Positions 16,620 through 27,498 of a stretch of 64,000 nt of DNA are shown here, one piece after another (position 1 is the stretch's first letter; every line of letters starts with the position of its first letter). Source of the DNA: Flavobacteriaceae bacterium (GTDB lineage Bacteria; Bacteroidota; Bacteroidia; Flavobacteriales; Flavobacteriaceae). The DNA lies in contig JAKMGK010000030.1 in NCBI GenBank assembly GCA_022424955.1, positions 6,029 to 70,028 on the forward strand, in the 5' to 3' direction. The notes below the pieces were generated by a model. It did no database searches. It was not told the DNA's origin and saw only the letters and a program-made list of their open reading frames with translations. The position numbers were made by a program, and so were the translations under genes.

Positions 16620-19600
16620 TTATTTGTTTCTCCAGGCGTTAATCCTCAATTTTAATCGATAAACTAGATAAAAACAAGCCGGAACAATCACAAGGGTAAG
16701 GAAAGTTGCAAAGGTTAAACCAAAGATGACAGTCCAGGCCAATGGTCCCCAGAAAATCACATTATCTCCTCCAATATAAATATTCGGATTCCAGTTTGTT
16801 ATAAGCGTAAAGAAGTTAATGTTTAGTCCTGTTGCTAATGGAATTAATCCTAAAATGGTGGTAATAGCGGTTAAAATCACTGGGCGTAAACGTGCAGCCC
16901 CTCCTTTTACAATGGCTTCTCTTGCCTCTATTCTAGGGAGCATTTGTTCAAAGGGAATACCCAATTCTTCTTTCTTTCGCGCGATTAATAATTGGGTATA
17001 GTCAATCAAGACCACCCCGTTATTGACCACAATACCAGAAAGAGAAATAATTCCCATCATGGTCATCATGATGACAAAAGGCATCGAGAAAACACTGATC
17101 CCATATAATACCCCAGTAAAGCTTAAGAAAATAGATAAAAGAATAATCAATGGATTTGAGATGGAGTTAAATTGCAATACCAGTAAGAAAACAATCAAGC
17201 CTAAAGCGGTGCCTAAAGCGCCTAAAAGAAAGCTCATGTTCTTTTCTTGCTCTGCGACTTCTCCTGTAAATTGATAGTCCACATCTCTGGGGAAGCCATC
17301 AAAACCTGTAATACTTTCTTTAACATTATCTACGACTTCATTTGCGTTATAGCCGGCTAAAACAGCAGAATAAACGGTAACCACTCTTCTTAAATCTTTG
17401 TGCTTGATCGCACTGAAGGAGTTAGCATTATCTACCTTGACCATTGCACTAATTGGAATTTCTTTAATTCTCCCAGAGGCTTGATCTCTAAAGACGATGT
17501 ATTGGTCTAATAAAGTACTGGTATCGTTTTGATCTTTTTCGTCAAAACGCACATTGATATCATAATCTTCGCCATCTTTTTTGTAGATCCCTGCTTTTTC
17601 ACCAAAGAGGGAACGACGCAATTGTTGTCCAATTTGCCCCGCTGCAACGCCCAGACTTCCAGATTTTCTTCGGTCGATATTGACCACTAAACCTGGCTTG
17701 CTTTTGTTGACATCTACTTTGATTTCTTCTACCCCAGGGATACTCTCGTTATTGAGGAAGTTTTTAAGCGCCTCGGCAATTTGAATGAGTTCCCCATAGT
17801 CTTCTCCACTAACCTCAATATTGACAGGGTAGCCCGCTGGAGGACCTGCGGCTTCTTTTTCAACAGAGATGGCGATACCTGCGAATTTCCCCTTGAGTTG
17901 TTCTTGAATTTCTTGACGCATGGCTTCACTAGACAATCCACGTCGATATTTAAATTCAGCCATGGTTAAAGTGATTTTAGCCTTGTGTGGCATCTCTTGA
18001 TCTCCCCCCTTGTCTGTCTCTGGATTCTGGGCACCTAGCCCAACCATTGCGACATTAGAGTCGATCATAAAGTTTTCTCCAGCATCAATGTATTTAGATT
18101 GGTTAATCACCTTTGCTACTTCAGCCTCGATTAATTTAGAGGTGGCATTGGTTTTGTCAATAGAAGTCCCTTCAGGATATTCGGCATAGACAAAAATCTG
18201 CTGAGGTTGATTCTCTGGGAAAAACTCCACCTTTGGCGCAGCCAATCCTAAAATAATAAAGGAAGAAAAGAGCAATCCAATGGTTCCAAATAAGAAAAGA
18301 TAAGGCGTTCTTCCCGTCAAGGCAAAACGCAAGACCTTAGTGTATCTTTCCTCTAAACGAACCAAAGTGACATTCTGGAAATAGGTTGCCCATCGCTTGA
18401 TAAAAAATTTATAGGCCCAAAATAAGGTGGTGGTTAAGGTCATTAAGGTCCCTAGCCCTCTTAAGGTTCCTTGATTAAAGATTAATAATAGCCCTAGACC
18501 ACCCAAGATAAAGGTCATGCGCCATAAACTTTTCTGACTGATTTCTCTGTCCTCTATCTCCATAAACTTTGAGACTAACATGGAGTTAAAGAAGATGGCA
18601 ACGATTAAAGAAGATCCCAATACAATGGAGAGGGTAATGGGGAAGAAAATCATAAATTCTCCAATGGTTCCTGGCCAAAAGCCTAAAGGGACAAAGGCCG
18701 CAATGGTCGTGGCGGTGGAAATAATAATAGGATAGGCAATTTCACCAATGCCTTTTTTTGCCGCTTCGATCGAGCTCATGCCTTCTTTTTCCATTAAACG
18801 ATAGGCGTTTTCGACAACAACAATCCCATTGTCTACCAGCATACCAAGTCCCATAATCAACCCAAAAAGAACCATGGTGTTAATGGTTTGCCCTAAAAAT
18901 CCAAGAATCATAAAGGACATAAACATCGACATAGGAATCGCAAATCCAACAAAGAGAGCGTTGCGGAAGCCTAAGAAAAACATCAAGACTGTAATAACGA
19001 GTAAGACTCCAAAGACGATATTGTTGGCTAAGTCACTTACAAGGTTTTTTGTCGCGTTGGATTGGTCGTTAGATATATCAACTTCTATAGTAGAAGGGTA
19101 ATCATTCGCCTGAACGTCACTCACAATGGCTCGAATTTTTTCGACCGTTTTAATTAAGTTTTTCCCACTGCGTTTTTTGATGTCTAGCACAATGGCTTTT
19201 TTACCATCTGAACGCGCAAAAGAATTCTTTTCTTTTTCATGAAAAGAAATGGTAGCCACATCGCCCATATAGACGGTGCCATTTTGATTTTTTAAGACAA
19301 ACTTTTCAAGGTCTTCTGGGCGTTCAATTTCTCCTACTACTCGCAGGTTTCTTCTTAAGCCATTACCTTCAATATTTCCTGCAGAAACAGTGCTATTCCC
19401 TCTTCTAATGGCATTGATAACATCGTCAAAAGAGACGGTAGCAGCATTCATTTTTAGCAAGTCTAAAGCGACTTCGATCTCAAAATCTTGTACCCCTCTC
19501 AAGGCAACTTCTTTGATTTCTGACATCTGCTCGATCTTGTCCTGCAGTAACTCCCCATAAAATTTCATTTCTTCGATAGGGAGGTCGCCACTTAAACCAA

Positions 19601-20066
19601 TGTTTAGAATAGGGATTTCTTCAGAAAGACTAAACTCAAAAGCAGTTGGTTCTACTTTGGCATTATTAAAAGTAGGCCAGTCTGCGTTAGCGGTTACTGC
19701 ATCGATTTTATCTTGCACCTTGAGCTTAGCACTTTCTTTGCTAATGTTCTCGTCAAACTCAACCGTGATCAAAGAGAAGTTTTCTAAAGAAGTAGATTCG
19801 ATCCCGACTAAGTTAGGCACCCCTTTTAGTTGTTCTTCTAGCGGATCTGTGATCAAGCGCTCCATGTCTTCTGCTGTATTACCAGGGTAGATCGAGCTCA
19901 CAAAAACTTCGTTTGTATTGATTTCTGGATAATTCTCTCGAGGGAGATTCATATAAGAGGAGATTCCCAAAAGGAAGAATAAGCCTATGATGACATAAAT
20001 CACGGTACTGTGATCAATGGCCCAGGAGGAAAGTGAAAATTCTTTAAGTTCTGATGATTTTTTCAT
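16620..20066 (-). CDS. RND efflux transporter, inner-membrane permease (AcrB/HAE1-like)
   Basis: 1148 aa with a 12-TM architecture and two large periplasmic loops. RND-type segments such as [19 protein letters not shown] and [18 protein letters not shown]. Confidence 0.9.
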   Translation of the reverse strand: MKKSSELKEFSLSSWAIDHSTVIYVIIGLFFLLGISSYMNLPRENYPEINTNEVFVSSIYPGNTAEDMERLITDPLEEQLKGVPNLVGIESTSLENFSLITVEFDENISKESAKLKVQDKIDAVTANADWPTFNNAKVEPTAFEFSLSEEIPILNIGLSGDLPIEEMKFYGELLQDKIEQMSEIKEVALRGVQDFEIEVALDLLKMNAATVSFDDVINAIRRGNSTVSAGNIEGNGLRRNLRVVGEIERPEDLEKFVLKNQNGTVYMGDVATISFHEKEKNSFARSDGKKAIVLDIKKRSGKNLIKTVEKIRAIVSDVQANDYPSTIEVDISNDQSNATKNLVSDLANNIVFGVLLVITVLMFFLGFRNALFVGFAIPMSMFMSFMILGFLGQTINTMVLFGLIMGLGMLVDNGIVVVENAYRLMEKEGMSSIEAAKKGIGEIAYPIIISTATTIAAFVPLGFWPGTIGEFMIFFPITLSIVLGSSLIVAIFFNSMLVSKFMEIEDREISQKSLWRMTFILGGLGLLLIFNQGTLRGLGTLMTLTTTLFWAYKFFIKRWATYFQNVTLVRLEERYTKVLRFALTGRTPYLFLFGTIGLLFSSFIILGLAAPKVEFFPENQPQQIFVYAEYPEGTSIDKTNATSKLIEAEVAKVINQSKYIDAGENFMIDSNVAMVGLGAQNPETDKGGDQEMPHKAKITLTMAEFKYRRGLSSEAMRQEIQEQLKGKFAGIAISVEKEAAGPPAGYPVNIEVSGEDYGELIQIAEALKNFLNNESIPGVEEIKVDVNKSKPGLVVNIDRRKSGSLGVAAGQIGQQLRRSLFGEKAGIYKKDGEDYDINVRFDEKDQNDTSTLLDQYIVFRDQASGRIKEIPISAMVKVDNANSFSAIKHKDLRRVVTVYSAVLAGYNANEVVDNVKESITGFDGFPRDVDYQFTGEVAEQEKNMSFLLGALGTALGLIVFLLVLQFNSISNPLIILLSIFLSFTGVLYGISVFSMPFVIMMTMMGIISLSGIVVNNGVVLIDYTQLLIARKKEELGIPFEQMLPRIEAREAIVKGGAARLRPVILTAITTILGLIPLATGLNINFFTLITNWNPNIYIGGDNVIFWGPLAWTVIFGLTFATFLTLVIVPACFYLVYRLKLRINAWRNK

Positions 20067-20078
20067 TGATAGGGCGAA

Positions 20079-21248
20079 TTAAGATTGAATGATTTTCACC
20101 AATTGCTGATCTTTCACTAAGCGAATACCATCTTCGACTAATTGATCTCCAGCAGATAAACCTTCGAGGATTTCTGTTTTATTATCAGAGCTTTTTCCCG
20201 TTTTCACAAAGGTCTTGATGGCTTTATACATGCCGTCTTGTCCTGCTACAGTTTCGAGGGTATAAAGATATTTTGCTCCTGCTTGATCTTCTAGAATATT
20301 TTTAGAAGGAACTAAAATCGCTGCCTCATTTTTATAGTCATTGATATTGAGCAGAACCGTCATATTAGGTTTTAAATCTCCTGAGCTGTTTTCTAAACCA
20401 ATTTCAACACGGAAAGAGCGATTGTTAGGATTGATAAAATTCCCCACTGCATTAATTTCTGCGGGTAAAGTCTTATTTAAAACAGGAATATTTACCGCCA
20501 CTTTAGCGGCCTTTTTGATATTGTTTAAGTGAATCTCTGGAACCTGTGCACTCACCTTCATTTCGTCAAGATTAATCACCCTTACCACTGGGGTCATTCC
20601 AGGAGCAAGCGAGCTACCAACGTCTGCTAAAAGATGATCTACTATTCCGTCAAAAGGAGCTGTAATAGTCGTTTTAGCGACTTGATCTTTCATTTGTGCG
20701 ATGCTTTTCTCTAAACTTAAGTATTGAGTCTTTGCTTGAAGAAATTGCATCTCTGAACCAATTTTTTGTTCCCACAAACGATTTTGACGCTCATAAGTTG
20801 TCTTTGCTAAGTTCAATTGAATTTCAAGCTGTTGCAATTGGTCGACTAACCCACTATCTGAAATAACCGCCAAAACATCCCCTTTTTTAACGCGCTGTCC
20901 CTCTACTACATTAATGCTTTTTAATAGCCCTGGAATTTCTGGATACATCACTATATTTTTATCGGTTTCAAGTGTTCCTTGAAAGCTAACAAAGTGCTCA
21001 TAAGGAGCTACCTTGGTTTCAATACTTGTAACCAATAAAAATTTTTGCTCGTTATCGAGTTGCCCAATCACCTCGTTTAAACTTTCTAATTCTTGTTTAA
21101 GGGTGTTCATGCTTTTAACGACCTCAGCTTTTTTTGTTTGAATGGCCGCAAGATCTTTACTGGCAATGATCTCTGCCGTTGTTTGTTTATCAGAAGATCC
21201 ACATTGAATGAAAAGGAGGATGCAAAGAAGGAGAATACTATTTTTCAT
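20079..21248 (-). CDS. RND efflux membrane fusion (periplasmic adaptor) lipoprotein
   Basis: Lipobox LFIQC, a coiled-coil hairpin region, and a biotinyl-lipoyl-like motif (VVEGQRVKKGDVLAVI). Confidence 0.9.
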   Translation of the reverse strand: MKNSILLLCILLFIQCGSSDKQTTAEIIASKDLAAIQTKKAEVVKSMNTLKQELESLNEVIGQLDNEQKFLLVTSIETKVAPYEHFVSFQGTLETDKNIVMYPEIPGLLKSINVVEGQRVKKGDVLAVISDSGLVDQLQQLEIQLNLAKTTYERQNRLWEQKIGSEMQFLQAKTQYLSLEKSIAQMKDQVAKTTITAPFDGIVDHLLADVGSSLAPGMTPVVRVINLDEMKVSAQVPEIHLNNIKKAAKVAVNIPVLNKTLPAEINAVGNFINPNNRSFRVEIGLENSSGDLKPNMTVLLNINDYKNEAAILVPSKNILEDQAGAKYLYTLETVAGQDGMYKAIKTFVKTGKSSDNKTEILEGLSAGDQLVEDGIRLVKDQQLVKIIQS

Positions 21249-21256
21249 GGCTTGAT

Positions 21257-22594
21257 TTATTGTGCGTTGTTAGTAATGGTGTCTAGGTTGATTTTATCCA
21301 GAATCACTTGACGCATACTCTGGATAAGGTTTTGTTGTGCTTGATATAATTGTAGTTGCGCTTGACGTAATTCGAAGCTTCCTACTAGGCCTTCAAAAAA
21401 CTTAGTGGTATTTTTTTGTTCGATACGTGTTGCCAGGGCGAGATTATCTTGAGAACTACTATAATTTTCTTGGGCTAAAGTATAGTTGTTTTGTGCGTTT
21501 TGCCATTCGACAAAAATCTGGGCCTTTGTTTCGATTAATTGGGTTTCTGCTTGCAGTAAACTCAATTTAGCTTTTTGTGATCCAGCAGTTCTTCCTAAAG
21601 AGCTAAAAATAGGGACGCGTACCCTAAGACCAAAGGCTGAAGATCCAAACCATTTTTGACTTCTTTCTGTAAAAGTAAAATCATTGCTATTCCCCATATA
21701 CATCCCGTTAATAAATGCACTAAAAGAAGGGAGGGCCTTCGCGCGTTCAAGACGATACAAAAGTCCTTCTGTCGTGACATTGTTTTCTGCTAAACGAATA
21801 TCAATGTTGTTGCTGTAGTCTGCATCGCTATTGTCTTCTAACAGATGACGGGTAGTAAGGGTAGCTAAATCGTCTGTGAGTGAAGGGGATTCGCTAATGT
21901 CAATTCCCAAGAGAAGTTTGAGAACATTTTCTGCTAAGACCACAGATTTCTTCGCATAATTAATTTGAATATTTAGACTGGAGAGGGTGAGTTGTAGTTG
22001 TTCTACCGTTTCTTGTTCTACAAAACCATTGTCAAATAAAGCTTGAGTCTCTTGAATGTTTCTTTCTAATGCCTTGGCATTTTTAGTAAGTATGGCCACA
22101 TTTTCTTGTGCGACTAAAACATTCGTATAAGATGTTGCGATTGCTTTTTTAACCTCTATTGTTGTTTTTTCAAGAACGTTTTGAGCGGTTTCAATGTAAT
22201 GTTGAATGCCTTGTACACCTACTATATACGTTCCGTCAAAAAGGAGTTGCGATAATTCTACCATTCCCATGGCCGTTTGTTTAGTCCCAAAGACGACCTC
22301 GGCAAACTCGCCTTCATTCCCACCAAAAAATTGCGCTGGGATTAATGAAACGGGTTGTTCAATGTTGTTTTGATAGTTCAGGTTAGCATTGATTTGTGGG
22401 AATCCGATGGAGATGGTTTTCCACTTTTCTTTGTGAGCTTTCTGATATTCAAGCGATGCCCTTTTCAATGTTCGGTTATACTCAACACCCCATTCAACAG
22501 CTTCTTCTAATGAGAAAGAAGCAGGAATTTCTTGTGCCCGTCCTAGAAAGAAAAGGGCAAACATTAAATAGCTAAATAATAGGTTTAGTTTCAT
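21257..22594 (-). CDS. TolC-family outer-membrane efflux protein
   Basis: 445 aa with a signal peptide and duplicated coiled-coil/beta-barrel repeats typical of OEP/TolC. Confidence 0.85.
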   Translation of the reverse strand: MKLNLLFSYLMFALFFLGRAQEIPASFSLEEAVEWGVEYNRTLKRASLEYQKAHKEKWKTISIGFPQINANLNYQNNIEQPVSLIPAQFFGGNEGEFAEVVFGTKQTAMGMVELSQLLFDGTYIVGVQGIQHYIETAQNVLEKTTIEVKKAIATSYTNVLVAQENVAILTKNAKALERNIQETQALFDNGFVEQETVEQLQLTLSSLNIQINYAKKSVVLAENVLKLLLGIDISESPSLTDDLATLTTRHLLEDNSDADYSNNIDIRLAENNVTTEGLLYRLERAKALPSFSAFINGMYMGNSNDFTFTERSQKWFGSSAFGLRVRVPIFSSLGRTAGSQKAKLSLLQAETQLIETKAQIFVEWQNAQNNYTLAQENYSSSQDNLALATRIEQKNTTKFFEGLVGSFELRQAQLQLYQAQQNLIQSMRQVILDKINLDTITNNAQ

Positions 22595-23203
22595 TTACTT
22601 TTGATCTGTGTTTGCAATAAATTCATTTAAAATGTCTAGCCCTTTTGGCGTAACAATTGCCCTTGCATGATATTCAAGATAACTTTCAAATAGGGTTTTC
22701 ATATTAAATTGCGAAGGGGGGAAAATAGCGATATCTCTTATGCCTCTCATCCCGTTCAGATAGAGTCGCGAGACAAAATCTATGTTAATATTAGGGCGAA
22801 ATAGCCCCGTGCTTATCCCTAATTTTAAACTCGATTGTACCATTATACCCAGACGGTCATATTCTTGGTCTTTTAATTCGGTATAAATTCCTGGATAATA
22901 TTTTTGTAATTGATAAACGGGCGAAGTATCCTCGTTTTGATAGTATTTTAAAACGGCAGATTTTACCGTGTATAATTCTTCGATGGGATGGGCTGCTTTG
23001 TTTTTGATGAACTCAATTTCATGACAGACACTGTCAAAAACATGAAAGGAGCTTTCTCTTACTAGTTGCTCTTTATTTTCAAAATGAGCATAGAGTGTTT
23101 TTTTAGAAATCGCGAGCGCATCTGCGAGATCATCCATGGTAACACTTTTGAATCCACGTTGGATAAAAAGTGTACTGGCTTTTTGTACAATACTTTCTTT
23201 CAT
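22595..23203 (-). CDS. TetR/AcrR-family transcriptional regulator of the efflux operon
   Basis: N-terminal HTH (GFKSVTMDDLADALAISKKTLYAHF). ATG at 23203 is preferred over the TTG at 23218. Confidence 0.9.
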   Translation of the reverse strand: MKESIVQKASTLFIQRGFKSVTMDDLADALAISKKTLYAHFENKEQLVRESSFHVFDSVCHEIEFIKNKAAHPIEELYTVKSAVLKYYQNEDTSPVYQLQKYYPGIYTELKDQEYDRLGIMVQSSLKLGISTGLFRPNINIDFVSRLYLNGMRGIRDIAIFPPSQFNMKTLFESYLEYHARAIVTPKGLDILNEFIANTDQK

Positions 23204-23228
23204 AGCAATTTGACGCAAAATTACAACA

Positions 23229-23263
23229 GGAAACTTTAAAAACCAAAATAGTTTCCAAAGTTT
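23229..23263. promoter_or_regulatory. Candidate TetR operator (inverted repeat) in the divergent intergenic region
   Basis: GGAAACT (23229-23235) and AGTTTCC (23250-23256) form an inverted repeat. A second pair is AAACTTT/AAAGTTT (23231-23237 and 23257-23263). Confidence 0.35.
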
Positions 23264-23296
23264 TTAACCGATCAACCATTCGCATTAATTTTTAGT

Positions 23297-23304
23297 TATT
23301 TTTG
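23297..23304 (+). promoter_or_regulatory. Bacteroidetes-type -7 promoter box
   Basis: TATTTTTG overlaps the TTG at 23302. This argues for the downstream GTG at 23320 as the start. Confidence 0.35.
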
Positions 23305-23319
23305 TCAAAACAATTCGCT

Positions 23320-24288
23320 GTGATTACATCTTACCAAACGGCTTTCCTAGACTATTTAGAGAAACAATTTTTAGAAGAGAAACCCGCTTCACTCTATGAC
23401 CCTATGCGCTATATTTTGCAATTAGGCGGAAAACGGATTCGACCCGTATTAGCTTTAATTGCCGCAGATGCTGTAGGGAATGATTTTAAGAAAGCCCTTC
23501 CAGTAGCTTTAGCCGTAGAGGTTTTTCACAATTTTAGCTTGATTCATGATGATATAATGGACGAGGCTCCCCTGAGAAGAGGGCAGGCTACTGTTCACGA
23601 AAAATGGGATGCTAATACGGGGATTTTATCTGGAGATGCTATGCTCGTTAAGGCATATCAATGTCTCGATGCTTATCCAGCAGAATTATTTAAAGCACTC
23701 ACCCAACTTTTTAGTAAAACCGCACAAGAAGTTTGCGAAGGCCAGCAATACGATATGGATTTCCCTCTGCAAGACAGCGTGAGTCAAGCGGAATATCTAC
23801 ATATGATTGAATATAAGACAGCCGTTCTATTGGGTTGTTCTTTACAAATGGGCGCCATGGTAGGCGGTTTGAGCCGGTTGGAGAGTCAGCCTTTTTACGA
23901 TTTTGGGATTCAATTGGGTTTAGCCTTTCAATTACAAGATGATTATCTAGATGCCTTTGGTGACCCCCTCACTTTTGGAAAACAGGTGGGAGGAGATATT
24001 ATCGAAAACAAAAAGACCCTTTTATATTTGCTTGCGCTGGAAAAAGCAGATGAAGCACAACAAAGGCAATTAAAAGAATTTTTTCAAACTCAACCAGCAG
24101 ATCCCACCGAAAAAATTGCTACCGTAAAAGCCTTGTTTAAAGTGACTAAAGCAGACTTAGCTATTCAGGATTTGATGGCACAATACACCGAAAAGGCTTT
24201 ACTAGAGGTAGAAAAATTCGCTGTTAATGAAGACAAAAAAACGCTTTTTAAGCAATTTGCTAAAGCGCTTATGGAGCGAAAATTATAA
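23320..24288 (+). CDS. Polyprenyl diphosphate synthase (GGPP/FPP synthase type)
   Basis: First Asp-rich motif HDDIMDEAPLRRG and second motif QDDYLD. The start is uncertain: TTG 23302 or GTG 23320. Confidence 0.85.
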   Translation: MITSYQTAFLDYLEKQFLEEKPASLYDPMRYILQLGGKRIRPVLALIAADAVGNDFKKALPVALAVEVFHNFSLIHDDIMDEAPLRRGQATVHEKWDANTGILSGDAMLVKAYQCLDAYPAELFKALTQLFSKTAQEVCEGQQYDMDFPLQDSVSQAEYLHMIEYKTAVLLGCSLQMGAMVGGLSRLESQPFYDFGIQLGLAFQLQDDYLDAFGDPLTFGKQVGGDIIENKKTLLYLLALEKADEAQQRQLKEFFQTQPADPTEKIATVKALFKVTKADLAIQDLMAQYTEKALLEVEKFAVNEDKKTLFKQFAKALMERKL

Positions 24289-25434
24289 GGAGAATACCCG
24301 TTTAAAAAGTGCTTTTACAAATCGTCCAATAGGGAAAGAACTCATTAAGAGCACTTCTTGTCTATAACTTGTTTTTTCATCTAGGAATTGAAAGATTCGC
24401 TGGGGGGTGTTGCGCTGAAACATACGACTAAATAACTCGCTTCCTTCACCGTTGTATTTGGCTAACACGTCTAAAAACAACATATCGTAAAAATTAAACT
24501 TATTGCGTTGTGGGAATTGATCCAGGGCTTTTTCCTTTTTGAGAAATTCAATAAGTGCATTAATTTTTTCTTGGGATTTTTGAAAGGTAAAGCCCGTACT
24601 TGCCTTAGTCCATCCGCCGGCAGTACCAATGTGCATTAAATGCGCACTATTGTGCTGGTCAAAATTATAAGCGGTCATGGGGATGCTCCCTTTTTCTGTC
24701 GCAGTGACGCTTACTTTCCCCGCCTTTCTTTGGTTGAGGTATTGAGTAATTTCTGCTTCGTATTCTTCGTCTTTTACAAGGTCTTTAGAAAAAAGGGTGT
24801 ACTCTACTAAAGCTTCCGTAGGACTAAAAGGGAGTACATACATAAAGCGGGTGTTGTTCTTTTGGTCAAGGTCAAAATCCATAAAGACCATAGTGTCTTG
24901 ATCAAAGATTGGCGCCTCTGTTTTGACAAACCATCCAATGAAATGTTGTTGTAGGACAGGGAATTTTTGCTGTTGTTTATACTCTTCTTTAGGGATGCTA
25001 GAGAATACTTTATCTCCGGTATAAGTAGCCTCATGGGTAGATACTTCGCCGTATTTGTCGCTAGCATTAACTTCTGTGATTTCTGCTTGAATAAGTTCGA
25101 GATTAGGCGCTTTTTCCAGTAAGGGATAAAGGTGATTGTAAAAATTAATCCCTTCTATCATTTTATATTGATAGGGGGCTAAAGAAAAGTTAGCGTTGTA
25201 TTGTTGTGATTGAAAGATGGCATTGTCCCAGCGCGAACTCACTAAATGGTCCCATTTACCCTTACCTTCTTCCCAAAAACACCAAGTGCGATCGTTTTGA
25301 TTTTTTTGCTCTTTTTCAATGAGAGCAATAGAGAGATGATCAAAGGCATTGTTTTGAATTAGGCCGTGTGCTAGCAGTAACCCAGCGGCGCCACCACCAC
25401 AAATGATGATATCAAAGTGTTTTTTGTTTTTCAA
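24283..25434 (-). CDS. Lycopene cyclase family flavoprotein (CrtY-like)
   Basis: Rossmann motif DIIICGGGAAGLLLA and a size of about 383 aa. All candidate starts are TTG (25434, 25443, 25512). The shortest is chosen because it leaves a realistic divergent promoter region. Confidence 0.7.
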   Translation of the reverse strand: MKNKKHFDIIICGGGAAGLLLAHGLIQNNAFDHLSIALIEKEQKNQNDRTWCFWEEGKGKWDHLVSSRWDNAIFQSQQYNANFSLAPYQYKMIEGINFYNHLYPLLEKAPNLELIQAEITEVNASDKYGEVSTHEATYTGDKVFSSIPKEEYKQQQKFPVLQQHFIGWFVKTEAPIFDQDTMVFMDFDLDQKNNTRFMYVLPFSPTEALVEYTLFSKDLVKDEEYEAEITQYLNQRKAGKVSVTATEKGSIPMTAYNFDQHNSAHLMHIGTAGGWTKASTGFTFQKSQEKINALIEFLKKEKALDQFPQRNKFNFYDMLFLDVLAKYNGEGSELFSRMFQRNTPQRIFQFLDEKTSYRQEVLLMSSFPIGRFVKALFKRVFSL

Positions 25435-25526
25435 AGCAATCAAAAATAAGGAATTAGGTTGGATGCGAGTAAAGATTGTTTTATAAATCCTTAGTTTTGT
25501 ACCACAAACCAAATTTAAGCCATACT

Positions 25527-26342
25527 ATGGAAGCGATCATCTTCTATTTTGAAAATTTAGATCCAATTGTAGGCGCTTTATATGCCACTTTATTTACATG
25601 GGGGCTTACCGCATTAGGAGCTTCATTGGTGTTTTTTGTCAAGGCTTTGAATCGCGCTTTACTCGATGGAATGTTAGGTTTTACAGGCGGTGTGATGGTT
25701 GCGGCAAGTTTTTGGAGTTTACTTGCTCCTGGAATTGAAATGAGTGAAGGGGAAGGATTTGTCAAAGTTATTCCCGCGGCAGTTGGATTTGGACTGGGCG
25801 CATTATTTATTTTTGCTTTAGATAAAATTTTACCTCATATCCATATTAACTTTAAAGAAAGTGAAGGGATTAAGACTCCTTGGCATAAAACCACACTTTT
25901 AGTCTTGGCAATTACCTTACACAATATCCCAGAAGGTTTAGCAGTAGGAGTCCTTTTTGGGGGAGTTGCTGCAGGTCTTCCAGAAGCTTCAATCGCTGGT
26001 GCAGTAGTACTCGCTATAGGAATTGGGATTCAAAATTTCCCTGAAGGGATTGCGGTTTCTATGCCGCTTAGAAGGCAGGGGGTAAGCCGATTTAAGTCCT
26101 TTTGGTATGGACAATTATCGGCTATAGTTGAGCCAGTGGCCGCCGTTATTGGTGCTGTCGCGGTTACTTTTTTCACACCCATTTTACCCTATGCTTTAGC
26201 TTTTGCAGCAGGGGCAATGATTTTTGTAGTAGTTGAAGAAGTTATTCCCGAAACCCAACAAGATAAATACACAGATATCGCTACCCTTGGTTTTATTGGG
26301 GGGTTTATTGTGATGATGTGCTTAGATGTCGCCTTAGGTTAA
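25527..26342 (+). CDS. ZIP-family divalent metal transporter (ZupT/GufA-like)
   Basis: Eight hydrophobic segments and the conserved HNIPEGLAVG and QNFPEGIAVS motifs. ATG 25527 is preferred over TTG 25476. Confidence 0.85.
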   Translation: MEAIIFYFENLDPIVGALYATLFTWGLTALGASLVFFVKALNRALLDGMLGFTGGVMVAASFWSLLAPGIEMSEGEGFVKVIPAAVGFGLGALFIFALDKILPHIHINFKESEGIKTPWHKTTLLVLAITLHNIPEGLAVGVLFGGVAAGLPEASIAGAVVLAIGIGIQNFPEGIAVSMPLRRQGVSRFKSFWYGQLSAIVEPVAAVIGAVAVTFFTPILPYALAFAAGAMIFVVVEEVIPETQQDKYTDIATLGFIGGFIVMMCLDVALG

Positions 26343-27397
26343 AGCGCGTCTCCCTCTTCAGGATGACTCGTCCATCCTTGTGCCGTTAGTTCAATTTGCT
26401 GTCCTAGTCCAGTCACGAGATTACAACCAGAAGCGGCCTCTGTAATATGTCCTACTATACTTAAAAGGGGGTGATTTTTTAAAGCTTCAAAATGACTTTG
26501 GTCAACAGTGAAAAGTAGTTCATAATCTTCGCCTCCGTTCAATGCAGCTGTAGTATTGTTGAGGTTGAATTCTTTACAGATGGCTAAGACTTGTGGGTCA
26601 ATAGGAATTTTATCTTCATATATTTGACAACCCACCTTTGACGCCTTACTAATATGCAGTAATTCTGAAGATAAACCATCGCTCACATCAATCATTGAAG
26701 TGGGAACAATCTTTAGCTCTTCTAATAATTCAATAACATCTTTTCTCGCTTCTGGTTTGAGTTGACGTTCAACCGCATAGGCATAAGTCGATAAATCTGG
26801 TTGAGACTGTGGATTGACTTTATATACTGCTTTTTCACGCTCTAAAATTTGCAAACCGGTATAGGCTCCGCCCAAATCTCCCGATAAGATAATTAAGTCG
26901 TTTTCTTTTGCTCCAGAACGATAACTTATATTTTCTTCTTTTACTGAACCAAGCGCAGTAACAGAAATTACTAAGCCCGTTTGTGAACTGGTAGTGTCAC
27001 CTCCCACAAGATCCACTTTATAGCGGGTACAAGCAAGACCAATTCCCGCATATAATTCTTCAATGGCCTCTAATGGAAATCGATTAGAGACGGCAATACT
27101 CACAGTGATTTGGGCAGGATGAGCATTCATGGCATAGATGTCAGATAAATTGACCATGACCGCCTTATAGCCTAAATGTTTTAGAGGAACATAACTTAAA
27201 TCAAAGTGAACTCCTTCTACCAGCATATCGGTAGAAACAACTGTTTGACCAGGATGATGGAGTATTGCTGCATCATCTCCAATCCCCAATTTAGAGCTGC
27301 TTTGAGCGATGGGGAACCCCTCTTTAATTTTTTCGATTAGGCCAAATTCACCCAAAGAGGAGAGTGGCGTAGTGCTAGATTTTTTTTCTTCAAACAT
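26339..27397 (-). CDS. thiL: Thiamine-monophosphate kinase
   Basis: AIR-synthase-related fold motifs GIGDDAAIL, MLVEGVHF and GGDTT. The product is 352 aa. Confidence 0.85.
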   Translation of the reverse strand: MFEEKKSSTTPLSSLGEFGLIEKIKEGFPIAQSSSKLGIGDDAAILHHPGQTVVSTDMLVEGVHFDLSYVPLKHLGYKAVMVNLSDIYAMNAHPAQITVSIAVSNRFPLEAIEELYAGIGLACTRYKVDLVGGDTTSSQTGLVISVTALGSVKEENISYRSGAKENDLIILSGDLGGAYTGLQILEREKAVYKVNPQSQPDLSTYAYAVERQLKPEARKDVIELLEELKIVPTSMIDVSDGLSSELLHISKASKVGCQIYEDKIPIDPQVLAICKEFNLNNTTAALNGGEDYELLFTVDQSHFEALKNHPLLSIVGHITEAASGCNLVTGLGQQIELTAQGWTSHPEEGDAL

Positions 27398-27498
27398 AGG
27401 GCAAAAATACAGCCTTTTTAGCAGAATTACGCTAGCGATCGCTAGACTCTTTTTTGGTAGGATTTTTGTTAAGTTTACAGTTGAATAAATTTATTTTG

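Noticed and set aside
16620-23203. Efflux operon as a novel system
   Set aside because: It is a standard TetR - TolC - MFP - RND arrangement. The somewhat long RND protein (1148 aa) is within the range seen for Bacteroidetes HAE-type pumps.
27398-27498. TPP riboswitch near thiL
   Set aside because: The intergenic region is short and AT-rich, and lacks the CUGAGA / ACCUGA-type conserved elements. thiL is also not usually riboswitch-controlled.
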